DNA of 64,000 nt from Mobula hypostoma (Eukaryota): contig NC_086107.1 in the NCBI RefSeq assembly GCF_963921235.1, positions 104,658,001-104,722,000 of the forward strand, written 5' to 3'. Shown one piece after another: positions 38,092-51,135 of the stretch (position 1 is its first letter; every line of letters starts with the position of its first letter). Made by a program: the position numbers and the translations under genes. The notes beneath the pieces were generated by a model. It worked only from the letters and a program-made list of their open reading frames with translations. It was not told the DNA's origin and ran no database searches.

Positions 38092-38786
38092 ATATACTGC
38101 TTCCGGTGCTCCCGATGCGGCCTTCTATATATTGGTGCGACCCGACGCAGGCTGGGAGACCATTTTGCTGAACACCTGTGCTCTGTCCGCCAGAGAAAGC
38201 AGGATCTCCCAGTGGCCACACATTTTAATACCACGTCCCATTCCCATTCTACTATGTCTATCCATGGCCTCCTCTACTGTCAATATGAAGCCACACTCTG
38301 GTTGGAGGAACAACACCTTATATTCCGTCTGGGTAGCCTCCAACCTGATGGCATGAACATTGACTTTTCTAACTTCCGTTAATGCCCCACCTCCCCTTCG
38401 TACCCCATCCCTTATTTATTTATTTATAATTCCCCCCCCTCTTTTTTTCTCCCTCTGTCCCTCTCACTATAACTCTTTGCCTGCTCTCCATCCTCTGGGC
38501 TTCCCTCCCCCTTTCTTTCTCCCTAGGCCTCCCGTCCCATGATTCTCTCCCTTCTCCAGCCTCGTATCCCTTTTGCCAATCAACTTTCCAGCTCTTAGCT
38601 CCATCCCTCCTCCTCCTGTCTTATCCTATCATTTTGGATCTCCCCCTCCCCCTCCCACTTTCATATCTCTTACTATCTCTTCTTTCAGTTAGTCCTGACG
38701 AAGGATCTCAGCCCGAAACGTCGACTGTACCTCTTCCTATAGATGCTGCCTGGCCTGCTGCGTTCATCAGCAATTTTTATGTGTGT
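38092..38786 (+). mobile_element. Penelope-like element 3' fragment (GIY-YIG domain and 3' end)
   Basis: Reads IYCFRCSRCGLLYIGATRRRLGDHFAEHL, colinear with the 51136-53039 element. Pyrimidine-rich 3' UTR. Confidence 0.9.
38691..38726 (+). ncRNA. Minimal type I hammerhead ribozyme motif in PLE 3' end
   Basis: AGTC-CTGACGA-AGGATCTCAGCCC-GAAAC-GTC^GACT. Catalytic cores are intact, stem I is AGTC/GACT, stem III is the palindromic ACGT, and stem II has a mismatch. Confidence 0.75.
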
Positions 38787-40941
38787 GCTTGAGTGGTCTT
38801 TCATTGGTCCTGTTATAGTTACTATTCTATAGATTTGTTGAGTATGCCCACTAAAAAATGAATCTCAGGGTTGGGTGTGGTGAAATCTATATTCTTTTAT
38901 AATAAAATTTATTTTGAACTTTGAACTTTAGTGCTGGTTCCTTTAAAAATATATTGGGCTAAATCCTTTTTGACAATCTTTTAGCCACTTTTAATTTGTT
39001 CTCAACCACCTCAATAGATAATAGATAAATTACCTTTGTTTTTATTTCTTAGTGGAATGAAAATGTATTTGAAAATTTTGAAGACTTTCTTTACAGACTC
39101 TTTAAGCATCTTTATATAAACTTTCTTTAAACGATTCCAATTGTACAAATCATTTAGCCTTTACTCTGTACTAAAGAATGCGTCCTTGCAACAAAGGTTT
39201 AAAACTGAATTCCATAAGTAGACTTAATTGCTAGCTATAACTTATTTACGTATTTTTCCTTTTCCACTTTGGAAAGTCTGGATTAGGTTGAGATACTCTG
39301 AATATTTCAAACATTAAATACACTAGCTAACTCTCTAAACTTAATTTTAAAATCTAATTTGAACTGTACAGAACTTTTGGATGAGATCAGCATGGGTTCT
39401 TGGGGAAGTGTGGTTTTAGATGAATAATATTGTAGAATTCTTGAAAGAAATGGAATTTGCACCGAAGTTCAGAAAATTAAGAATATTTTCTTCCTGTATA
39501 AAAACAAAATGGTAAATTCTCAGAGTTAAAACATTAATTCTGTTCCTTATCCCATTGATGTTGTTTCACCACCTCAGTGTTTCTAGCATTTTCTGTTTTT
39601 ATTTCAGAATTACAGTATCTGCATTTTTTTTCCAGATTTTTCTGCTGTTTTAAATAGTAATTGCATCAACGTAAAGTTCCACAGCTCCTTGATAATCCTT
39701 TATGCTCTCCTCTTTACCAGTCTAGATAGTTGTGCCAGCAGACATTCCTTGGAGGACACTCTCCATCATTATAGTTGTTCCCTATCGGACAGACTCAGAG
39801 CAGATTCTGCAGCTCAACTCTGCATCATCCATCAGCAACAGCAGAAATGTGCATTACAATCTGCATTGCTGATATTTCTCTTTATCATTGCTATCAAACC
39901 ATTGGACCAACCCAACATCAGTAATGGGGGGAAGGGGGTTTATGGTCTGATCAATGCTAGATAATATCCATCTACATTCAACAGGGAAACAATATAGTTA
40001 TCCACCCTTGATGTTTAGTGACATTGAAAAGTAGAATTCCCCCACCACCATCCTGGGAGGATTGCAAAAGCATGCCAGAAGCATCACCAGAGATATCTAA
40101 AATCTAAGGTGCTAACTTAGTAAAGCTGCAACACAAAATTACATATGTGTTAGGCAGCAATAGGTAGAGCAAAGTTATCTTGCAACAAAAGCTATCAATC
40201 AATCATTGAATCTGCACTAAAGCCCTCATGAGCAGATTGTCCTCATTTTTGTTAATTTGTTTTATTTTTGAGGATCTGGGTAAGGCTTGCATTTATCATC
40301 TATTCCCAATTGCCTTTGAGAAGTTAGTGAGCTGATGCCTTGAACTGCTGTAGTCCTTTTGGTAAAAGCATACCCACTGTGTTGTTGGGTATGGAGGTCC
40401 AGGATTTAGACTTAGTGACAATTACTGCAAGTCTCAGAGGGAACCTATCAGTCCCAGAGCAATTTTGAACAATAATTTAAGTTGTTATATGTATTCACAG
40501 TTTTAGATTCAGTGAATGTTAAAAATAGATTGCCTAACATTCCCCATCAGTACCCTGAAGTCATTTTTTAAAAACTCCACAAAATGCAGAAAAGCCAATT
40601 TTAACAATTGCTGAGTTTAGTTTATAAGTTGCTCGTAACACTACAGAGATATTTATGCAACTTAAAATCATTTGTTTTTCAGTACATTGTAACAATGAGA
40701 GCGCAGAGCTCTCCTTTGATGTTTTGAGAGTGTAGAGCTCTAGTTTTATCGAAAACGTGAGCTGTAGTTGATAAAGAGTATCTGGATATATGTCGATTTT
40801 ACAAATAAAGGTGTTTTAAAAATTCTTGCTTTCAAAGTGTTGCTCATTAAGTATGTAGATATCTTTAAAATACTTGAAAATTGTGGTTTCAAAGCCTCTA
40901 ATTACTTTTTATTTTGTCTTCATAGTAGTTTTTATTTTCAG

Positions 40942-40965
40942 GGCAATAGGGAAGCAAATCTACTG
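40942..40965 (+). other. Candidate 24 nt host micro-exon
   Basis: Pyrimidine tract ending TTTTATTTTCAG, 24 nt, then CTG|GTGAGT, in TE-poor sequence. Supported by splice motifs only. Confidence 0.3.
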
Positions 40966-43003
40966 GTGAGTTAGATAATTTTTATGAACATGAGTGGATT
41001 TCTTTTGAAACAAGCCTCCTGGGAGATAAACAATTTTATAATTGAAATCAGATGTACTAAATGACTGTAGAGTAGTGGAGATTATCAAATTGATCTTATT
41101 TTCCAAGAACTCTGCTGTTGTGTTTGTGTATTCTAACATGAAATTTACAAATTTATAGAAAGCTTGGGTTTTTGTTTCTAGGTGAAATAACCTTTGTGTG
41201 TAAACTTAAGGGATTTTGAGTGCCAAGCCCTGGATGAGAGAACCTGATTTTGCCATTTAAAGGTTAATAATTTGAAAGATTTGTATCTTATGTAATGCTT
41301 TAGTGCTGTGTGATCTTAGCCCATAGCATACAGCTTCTGGACAAGGGAAAAATTAAAGATATATGGATTGTTGGGAACAGGACTGGATTTCAACTTAATA
41401 TCCTTAAATCCTGTAACCTTCAGAATTCCATTTTTAGGGCTATACATTAGCGGGTACTTGTAGTTTTCTGATATCTATTTCAATAAGCTTCAGAGAAGAA
41501 AATTGGTTGAGGAAAGAAGTGTCAAAGAATAAAATTAATAACATTAATTACTTCAGAGAGCTAATTGAAAACATTGGAATGATAACTGTCGCAGTTCAAG
41601 ATCTCATGCAGGTCTGCATTAACCAAAATTCCTTATAAAACAAAGCTACTGATGCTCTTGAAAGAGGAGTGTGATGAAGAAGGATTGTAATAAAGAGTGT
41701 TTCATGCTACTCTTCTATGGTTTGATAGCATCTGCAGAACAACAGAGAAAGAGCTAAAACGATAAAATTTTCCAGAGCCATCATGCCTCACCTGCCATTT
41801 GTGCTTAAGTGAGGCTGTTTAGCATTGTTTTTGGTCTGATTGGAATCATTATTGTGTGGCCTTTAATCAAGTGTTCTGTTTACATTTTACCAGAGTGATT
41901 TGTGTTTAGTGATCTGTTAGTAAGTCCTGGCTTTACCAGTTGTTTCTGTGTGTTTTGGTCTTTTTGATAACTTGATATGAACAGATTAAGCACAAAATAA
42001 ACTTGGCTTTTATTTGTTTTAACCAGATTGATTTACAGCTTAGTAGACATTGAATCAATATCCTAATATGTTTGGATAGTAATATCCAGATTACTGGTAC
42101 TGTAGTTTATAGAGAACTGGTAAGTCATCTAGTTTGGGCAAATTGTTTCTTGTAGGTTAATTAAAATGTTCTGCTCTCCACAAATACTGGCCAGAAAATT
42201 CTGCAGCTTGTAACAACTATTCACAAGCAAAATTTAATTTGTATATTAGAAACTCTGAAATGTCTTTCCTAACACTCTGTTTCCATATTTCCATAATTCT
42301 GGAGGTGCTTTCTGCTGAATGTGAATTGGGGACTTCGTATTAGTGCATTTTGCTAAAGTTGGGAGTTTATTGTTGTGAATCTATACTTCGGATCATGTGG
42401 GAATTGATTCTGATTGAGACAGGATTATGTCTGATGCTTAGTGGAACAGAAAGTCTAAAAAATTGTTTAACACTATTTTAGGAGCTCCCTTACCTGAACT
42501 GGGTCATTCTTCTGCTTTTCCAACAATCTAAATAATACCCATATTTATTAAAATAGAAGTATAATGTTAAATTGTGTTTCTAATGCAATTTCTTTAAACT
42601 TTAAAAAAAATTAGAAAGTGATCAAAATTTAAAATTTCATTCCATATTCAAATTGTTCTTGTTCAGAAAAGAACCAGACCTACTTGAAACTTGCCCAATT
42701 TTTCATGAAGTCTTGGCATACAATAGACCAATAATGTTAGCTTGTGAAATCAGTAAAAAGGCCACTCTACCATGCATGCCTGACACATCATTTCAGCCTG
42801 TTCAGGCCTAACAGCCCCAGTTATTCTGGGATACATTGGATATATTTTTAACATATTATATATATTTTTTGGAAATATAGCAATCACTTTCCCTGCAAAT
42901 GTGCAAAAGCTAAATTTTTCATTTGACATCATTTACTTGCATTTTAATAATCTGAAATCAACTTAATGGCAGAATGTTACTATAATGTTAGTAACCTCTA
43001 GAC

Positions 43004-44760
43004 TAGTGGTCACCAACCTTTTTAAGCCCAAGATCCCCTACCTCGACCTCAGTGAAAGGCAAGATCAACCTACTAATCGTTTAGAGAAAAAACAGCTCAG
43101 ATTGTACTTCCAATTTGAGGCCTTTTATTTGGGCGAATTGTAGTTGAATTACACAAAATACTTTTGTCAAACTTTCAAATTAATTCAAACAAGAAAACAC
43201 TGTAACTAGCATATTAAACAGGCCATAGCTGTCTTTCTTTAAGAATATTACAATACTTTACACCTTTAATTCTAAGTTTCATTATTTAATTTTATTTCAA
43301 CATCAAAAATAAATGAATAAAAATTAACTGTTGCACTCAGTGTGATGACTTGGGCTGAATACTTTCTGCTAGTTCCCTGAAATTTGGCTCATAACTACAG
43401 ACGTCCAGTCTGAGACAGTCTGTGAGGTGTAGGGTTGCCAACTGTCCCGTATTCCCCCCGCTAAGATAGAACGTTCCTATGAAACCTTTCGTGCTGAAAT
43501 GCTTTATGCCGAAGAAGCAATTACCATTAATTTATATGGAAAAAAATTTTGAGCGTTCCCAGACCCAAAAAAACCTGCCAAATCATACCAAATAACACAT
43601 AAAACCTACAATAACACTAACATATAGTAAAAGCAGGAATGATATGATAAATACACAGCCTATATAAAGTAGAAATAATGAAAATTAAGCCAAAACGGAT
43701 TCGTGGGGTAAAAAAAATCGGCACATACATGCATGCACACACAGGTGCCCGCGCAAGACTTCATGGTCGTGGTAGTCTTTCTCGGAGTAAACACAAATGT
43801 CCCGGGATTTGACTGCTACTTTTGTCCGTTATTTGGGAGTGAGAAAGTTGGCAACCCTAGTGAGCTGTCTGTCAGTACGTCAGCTCCTGTACTTAGATTT
43901 AATAATTTTCATCTGTGAAAATGCAATTTCACATAGATAAATAGACCCGAAGTAGGCACTGACTTTTAGCGGTATAAAACCAATGCGCACACCGCGCATT
44001 GCTCGGCCCCGTCAGTAGTAATTGCCACCAGTTTATGAATGGGGATGTCATTTTCACGGACATTTTTTTAAAACTCATTGTAAATATCCTCACCTCTCGT
44101 TCTTTCCTTTAATTGCAAAAGAGTGAGGAAGTCCTCCTTTGTTGTAAAATCCTGGAAAGCCATTCTGACAAATACAACAAGCTGACCTGTTTGCATTACA
44201 TCCAGGGATTCATCGAACTGTAGTGAAAAATATTCACGTCCTCTGGATATCACGAGTAATTGCCGATTGCGTCACCTCTGATCTGAGCCGACATTTACGT
44301 GCCGGGCAGCACCTAATTAATTAGCTTGTTTATTTCAGCTTTTTTTTTCTTAAAGGTGCATCCCAACTACCGCTGCACCACTGCATGCTTCGTGGCCTGG
44401 AGGTTGGGACCACTGCCGTATATTGATGTTTGCGACAGTCTGTACTCTTATCTGATTGGTCACTTTGATGCAGCACAGGCTACGCTGAAAATGCGGTACA
44501 TGGAGGGGGAACTACACACATGCGTACTGGGCAGAAAGAACGGAACTAAACCCCCGCAACCCGGAAACAATCTCTCTTTACAAACAGCTTTTTAGTGAAA
44601 ATATTGCTATATTACCATTATCCTAATTAGTATTACTTGCTTTTATAATGCTCATATTACAACAGTATTTGTGTATTTATTTTTGATTTTTCTTTGGGAT
44701 CTACTGGGAAAGTCTCGAAGGTCGACCAGTTGATCGCGATCAACGGCTTGGCGACCCCTA
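43004..44760 (-). mobile_element. hAT (Charlie/GTF2IRD2-EPM2AIP1-like) transposon, internally deleted, with nested elements
   Basis: Perfect 8 bp TSD CTCTAGAC at 42996-43003 and 44761-44768. TIRs TAGTGGTCACCAACC and GGCTTGGCGACCCCTA. Transposase remnants YFSLQFDESLDVMQTGQLVVFVRM..RGEDIY and FGSIYLCEIAFSQMKIIKSKYRS. Confidence 0.92.
43430..43859. mobile_element. hAT Blackjack-like MITE carrying a Tigger end fragment
   Basis: TIRs TAGGGTTGCCAACT and AGTTGGCAACCCTA. TSD GTGAGGTG / GTGAGCTG (7/8). Internal 43455-43680 is homologous to 35200-35430. Confidence 0.85.
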
Positions 44761-47700
44761 CTCTAGACTGTGATACTGTGAGAGAATTATTAAAATAGTT
44801 CTGTTTATAATTTTATCAGAGTTAATCCAATTTGCTGTGAATAATGTGCTAATATCTGTGAATAACGATTTATTTGAGTTAACACAGCTTTGTTTCAGTT
44901 ACAAACCCTTTCTAGTGAATTTAAAAAATTGCAGATCCTTGAAATTTGGTGGGGGGGGGTGGGAAGCTGAATATATTGGGAGCATCTGGCAGGTCAGGCA
45001 GTATCTGGAAAGAAACAGTGTTAACGTTTCAGGTTGAAGGCCCATTTTTAAAATAGACCCTTCTGACAGTCTTCAACATTTCCACATATCTGCTGAATGC
45101 TTATAACATTTTTACACCATTCCATTGGTAGCAGTTTCATTTGTTTTAGTTATTAATGCAAATTTATCTTGATTAATTGAAGCTTATTTGTTATTAACTT
45201 TAGAATAGTTGCTAATTTGCAAAGAGTTCCCTTACTTTTAAACTGATAACATTCAAAAGTATGGAGGCAGTGCTGTGTGGGCCCATTTTTTATGTCACTC
45301 ACATGGTGGAGGCACGTGGAGTAATCAAACATTTCTAATTGAATCTCTCTTTCTTGCGTTAAGCTCAGTGCTGCATCTTTGCCATCTGGGCTAGTGAATA
45401 CATGAATGCTCTGGTGTTTATGAAGGGCAATGACATCAGGTTAGTTTATTTCTGGATGTGGAGCATATTTCTGTAAGATTTTGAGATAGGCAGTACAACA
45501 GTCAGTGGTGAAAATGCTGAGAATTGAAATCTCTGCTACACGAAGAGACTTTCAAGTGTGAGCATCTAATTGTGTTATAGTGGAACTGTATCAACTTTAT
45601 CAAGTAATTCCTGCTGCAGTAGTTTGCTTATATTTTAAAACCTATTGGTAACCAAGGTTACGACAACGTGCATTTCTAGCCGTTGCTGCGAATCACCTTT
45701 TGTTAAATGTGGAGAATTTGTTGCCTATGGTCACATTCATTACTCTGTTTTTGTCGACGTGGATAATCTGATTCTGCCTTTAGGGAAAGAATGACTTCTT
45801 CAATGTAGTGTCTTTCCTGCAATGCTTATTGAGCCGCTATACCCCGAATGGATGTAAAGCAATCAAGGGACTGGTGCTTGTGACCATATTTTTGGTAATT
45901 AGAGCTTGAATTGCTGTGCTATGTAGCTGTCTCGACACTTTCAATCAAATTAATACAGCCAGTTTTTTTTCAAATGTAAGCAGTCACTAGTAAGACTTAG
46001 CATTACAGAGATTTAAGAAATAAGCTCGTGGACACGCAGTATTTAGTTGGTATGTGTTTCTGAGTTCTTCATTGATTGGAAACCTCAGCTACACTTTATT
46101 TGTTTTTCTTGTTTCCTTTTAAAGTTCCTATCAGTTTATCTGGTTTCCCTCTTAAAAGGGGGAAAAGTGCTTAATCCTTAGATTTCACAGAATATTTCAC
46201 AAATAGAAATTGACTCAGTCAAAAAGGATTTCATCAGCTTTTCTGTTTTCATCAATCTATTTATTATTGAAGATATGTTGCTGTTAATTTATATTTACTG
46301 GAACATCAGAACATAAGAACATAAATGAGCGGGAACACATTGTGTGCACTTTGCAGAATGAAGTGGAACATACTTTAAGTGTGTGACTGCTTGCTTTCCC
46401 ATTCCCCACAATGGACTAATACATTAACAGTCTTGTGGGTTAATAATGGATAACAGTTTTAGGATTACATTTGTTGAAAAGTTTCAGATGTCTTTAAACT
46501 AGAGATAGACTTATTAGAACAAAAGGTTTAGTGATCCCCCAAGGAAATTGGACCAGGAGTGACAACTCTTCCTTTAGTGAGGAATTTGTGGACATTTATG
46601 TAAGTGGTCATGTGAAATTTAGGGTAAGAGCAAGAAAACATGGGTTTGCTTAAATGCGTGAATGAAATTTTTGATATTTTGTTGGGAATTTTTTTGTCAT
46701 AACCACTATTGAAGGAAATGAATTACAGTAAGCATTAAATGCTGTATATACAGTTTATTACTTTTATTTTTGTACTTAAGTCTACCTTTTTCCATAATGT
46801 GAAATGTACTAAGAAATATGAGTTGAAAAATATATTGTTTATTTTATCTAGTTTACTTTTTTTGGTAATATTTTTACAAAGCAAATTCTATTCCCTATAT
46901 CATTTTTTTGGTAGTGATTTGTGAATTTTGTAATGGCAAATTTTCATTACCAAAATGACCATAGTGTAGACTCTACCTGGAGTGAATTTCAAGGCTGAAA
47001 CAATTTCTACATTTTGCACATCCATTTTGGCTGGGAACAAGGTAATTTTGTTTTTAAAATACAGGTAATATCAAGATTTATTATAGATATTCTGATGCAC
47101 CAGTGTATGATCTATAAATTGCAGAGTAACAGACTTTCAATTAATTTATGATAGGAAATTGAGATTGGATAGGAAATACAGATGGAGACCTCATCAAGCT
47201 ATTGCCATTTTGAGTCATACTGATCTGAAAGAGCACTGTCTATGCAATTTTAAAGATGGAAGTTGTTCAATTATTTCCTTCACTCCTCAGCTATAATGGA
47301 ATTAAAATGTATGAAAATTTTAATCTCAAATTATTTATCCCGTTCTACATTGTTCCCTTTTTTATTTTGCTCTGATATAAAGTTGCGATTCTAACCATTG
47401 CAATTTAAACATGATGTAAATTTCTAATATTTCTTTCTCCTTTTCATTGATTTTTTTTTTTCTCTTGAAACTGCACTTCATACCAGAAGCTTGTTTCACA
47501 GGCACCAAATGGTTTTTGAGCAGTTTTGCCCATGAAGCATAGGTACGTCATGCTGTTACTATGGTCACTTTTGATAAGTCACTGCATAATAATCGACAGT
47601 GGAAACCACAGCATGCTGATTGAGCAAAGGCCAACAACTATTCCTGGTCTGAAACCACTGTTTTATGCATTTCATTTGAACCATTAGGTAGTGTCCATTT

Positions 47701-50700
47701 GTTCCTAAGCTACTTGCGTATTAATAGTAACAGAACATATTGATAACTAGCTCAGTGTAACCACTGAGCTGGGCTCACCCAGCTTACTGGTAGTTACCCT
47801 CACTTACAAAAATCTTCTCTCTGGGAAGAATTACTTAGTCAAACAGAGAGGGTTGGGACAGTAGCTTCTATCACGTTTTGAAAGAAAGAGACTGTAGGAC
47901 CTGTATAGTTTGATAACACATGAACCAGCTACTGAAATTTTCCAGCAATGACCTGTATTCATTGCACTAGCCAGTTGAAATTCTAAACCCCATGTATCTG
48001 TGCTGAGCTTACCACAGTCTTCTGAATACTTGTCCTCACTGACTCGCCCTGTGCGGGCAAATCATCTTCAGCGGCTTCTCCACCATGAGGCACGTGATTC
48101 ATTGCTGGATGTGCCAGGTTCCTAACAGAGTTGTGCTGGGAATACAGGAGTTCCAGGCACAACAAACAAGTCAGGAGTATGCACAGGTTCCCAGCACTGT
48201 AGCACTCAGTAGTGGATCTCTCTTTGTAAAGATCAATTCTTCTGCTGGAAACACATCCCATTTGATTCTGTTATGGTTTTTGTTCTATAGATTTACTGGG
48301 TATGCACACAAGAAAATTAATCTCAGGGTTGTATATGGTGATATATGTGCACTTTGGTAATAAATTTACTTTGAACTTTAAATGGTTCCTAGGTAGGAAA
48401 ATATGAACAAAACTAAATATTCCATTTGTTACTGATTATCTGTAAATAGATGTTTTGCATGTAAACATTTTTTCCCAATGCTAAAAGAAATTATTAATTT
48501 TTTGCTTCACCTTAAGGTAGTGTGTATAAAGCTTGAAAATCCTGCATAGATTGTTGAAAGTTGTTTTGCACCTCCGGTCTCTTGCAGTACGGTTCTGAAT
48601 TTGGGAAGGTAACCTTGGTGCAATGTTGTGCATAAGCTTTCTTTACTGGAATGGAGTAAATTGTCTTGCCCTTTATGTGCGTTTCCTATTGCCTAATTTA
48701 AAGCAATATTCTTGTCTCAGAGGAAATTTCAGCTTTACGCAAAATCAAGATGTGATCAGCTTTCAAAAAAATATTCCAGGATATCAGAATAATTTGGTAC
48801 AGGCGAGAGGCAGTTTTGATAAGCTGAAGGGAAGCAAAAAGCTAGGCAGCAAGGTTTGATAATTCTAGAGTGCAAGGTGAAGATTTGGGGTGATGAGCAT
48901 TGTTTAAACAGGGAAGATTGTTGCTGTAATATAGGACTGAAATAGTTTGCAGAAGCAATACATAATGAACCCAGTGCTGGAAAAAGAAAAGACTTAATTT
49001 AAAATTGTGATATCCAGGAACTAATTCCACATCTTTACAAGAATAAATTGGATGAATTACAGTATTGTGGGCAAGAAGTGTATTTTAGGAGACGAGGTTT
49101 TTGGTGAAATAACAATTGGAGGTATGATGGGCATTTTATCAGTAGAGATGATGTTTAATAGGCAGGAAAATTAAAGCAGATGCAGAGAAGGATATTGATC
49201 AAATCTAGTAAAGTATGTGCTTGGTATAAAATTAAAATTTGGAAAGGTTTTTGAAGTTGGACTTTAGTAAAAAAAAATATAGGCTAAATTTTCAAAAGCA
49301 TTTGTTAACCGAAAATTGGGAACAAAAATTACAGGTGGAATGAAGGAACACAAGATGAGTTGTTGTGAGGCAATGGAGATTTTGGGATATTTTAAAATTT
49401 AATGCATTGCAGGTTCCGGATTACCAAGCTGTAAGTAGTCCTGGTAAATGTGGTTGACTGATCTCGGGGCAAGATGTTTATCAAAATGAGAAGTCTCGAG
49501 ATGGGAGGAAAAAAAATAAAGTTTCCATGTGCCCAAGACACATGGAACCTATGGATTCATTTTCAAGGGCTCTATAACTCATGTTCTCAATATTACTTTG
49601 TTATTTTTTCTTTTTTGTATTTGCATAATTTGTTGTGTTTTGTACATTGTCTACCTTTATGTGCAGTTTTTTTCATTGATTTTTGTTGTGTTTCTTTGTA
49701 TTTACTGTGAATGACCTTAAGAAAATGAAACTCAGGGTAGTATATGGTAGCATATACAGTAGGTACATTGATAATAAATATACTTTGAACATGTTTTCAT
49801 GTTGAGAGAACATGAGGTAAAATTGGATGCATGGACTTCTGACGCATTTGTGGCAATGTTCAGTGCCTCCAACGTCTGCTAATGTGTATAGCGGTGGGTT
49901 TGGTGCAGTAGTCTAGAGTTGGATAACAGATGCATAAGGATCAAAGCTGAGGTCAGTGTAGTGTTCTGAATTTCAAAATTATCATTCAGCAGCTGTGCAA
50001 AGGTCTTTGAAAGATAGTGTAGTTAATAATGCAGCTAAAAGTGTTTGTATCTGTTGATAATTTGGAAAGATTTTGATCTGAGGGAAATACATGTTAGTAG
50101 GGAAGTGGTGTTAGGTAAATTGAAGGGACTGAAGTCAGATAAATCCCCAGGGCCAGATGGTCTGCATCCCAGAGTGCTTAAGGAAGTAGCCCAAGAAATA
50201 GTGGATGCATTAGTGATAATTTTTCAAAACTCTTTAGATTCTGGATTAGTTCCTGAGGATTGGAGGGTGGCTAATGTAACCCTGCTTTTTAAAAAAGGAG
50301 GGAGAGAGAAACCGGGGATTTATAGACCGGTAAGCCTGACATCGATGGTGGGGAAAATGCTAGAGTCAGTTATCAAAGATGTGATAACAGCACATTTGGA
50401 AAGCGGTGGAATCATCAGACAAAGTCCACATGGATTTGTGAAAGGAAAATCACATCTGATGAATCTCATAGAATTTTTTGAGGGTGTAACTAGTAAAGTG
50501 GATCGGGGAGAACCAGTGGATGTGGTATATTTGGATTTTCAAAAGGCTTTTGACAAGGTCCCACACAGGAGATTAGTGTGCAAACTTAAAGCACATGGTA
50601 TTGGGGGTATGGTATTGATGTGGATAGAGACTTGTTTGGCAGACAGGAAGCAAAGAGTGGGAATAAACAGGACCTTTTCAGAATGGCAGGCAGTAACTAG

Positions 50701-51135
50701 TGGGGTACCGCAAGGCTCAGTGCTGGGACCCCAGTTGTTTACAATATATATTGATGACTTAGATGAGGGAATTAAATGCAGCATCTCCAAGTTTGTGGAT
50801 GACACGAAGCTGGGCGGCAGTATTAGCTGTGAGGAGGATGCTAAGAGGATGCAGGGTGACTTGGATAGGTTAGGTGATTGGGCAAATTCATGGCAGATGC
50901 AATTTAATGTGGATAAATGTGAAGTTATCCACATTGGTGGCAAAAACAGGAAAACAGATTATTATCTGAATGGTGGCCGATTAGGAAAAGGGGAGGTGCA
51001 ACGAGACCTGGGTGTCATTGTACACCAGTCATTGAAAGTGGGCATGCAGGTACAGCAGGCGGTGAAAAAGGCGAATGGTATGCTGTCATTCATAGCAAGA
51101 GGATTCAAGTACAGGAGCAGGGAGGTACTACTGCA

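Larger units (their letters stand above)
37825..38928 (+). mobile_element. Rex1/Babar 3' fragment split by a PLE
   Basis: Rex1-type C-terminus and 3' UTR to ~38091, resuming at ~38787 and ending AATAAAATTTATTTTGAACTTTGAACTTT. Confidence 0.8.

Noticed and set aside
48890..48940. GTGATGA..CTGA, resembling a C/D snoRNA
   Set aside because: Too short, with no convincing terminal stem or recognisable guide.
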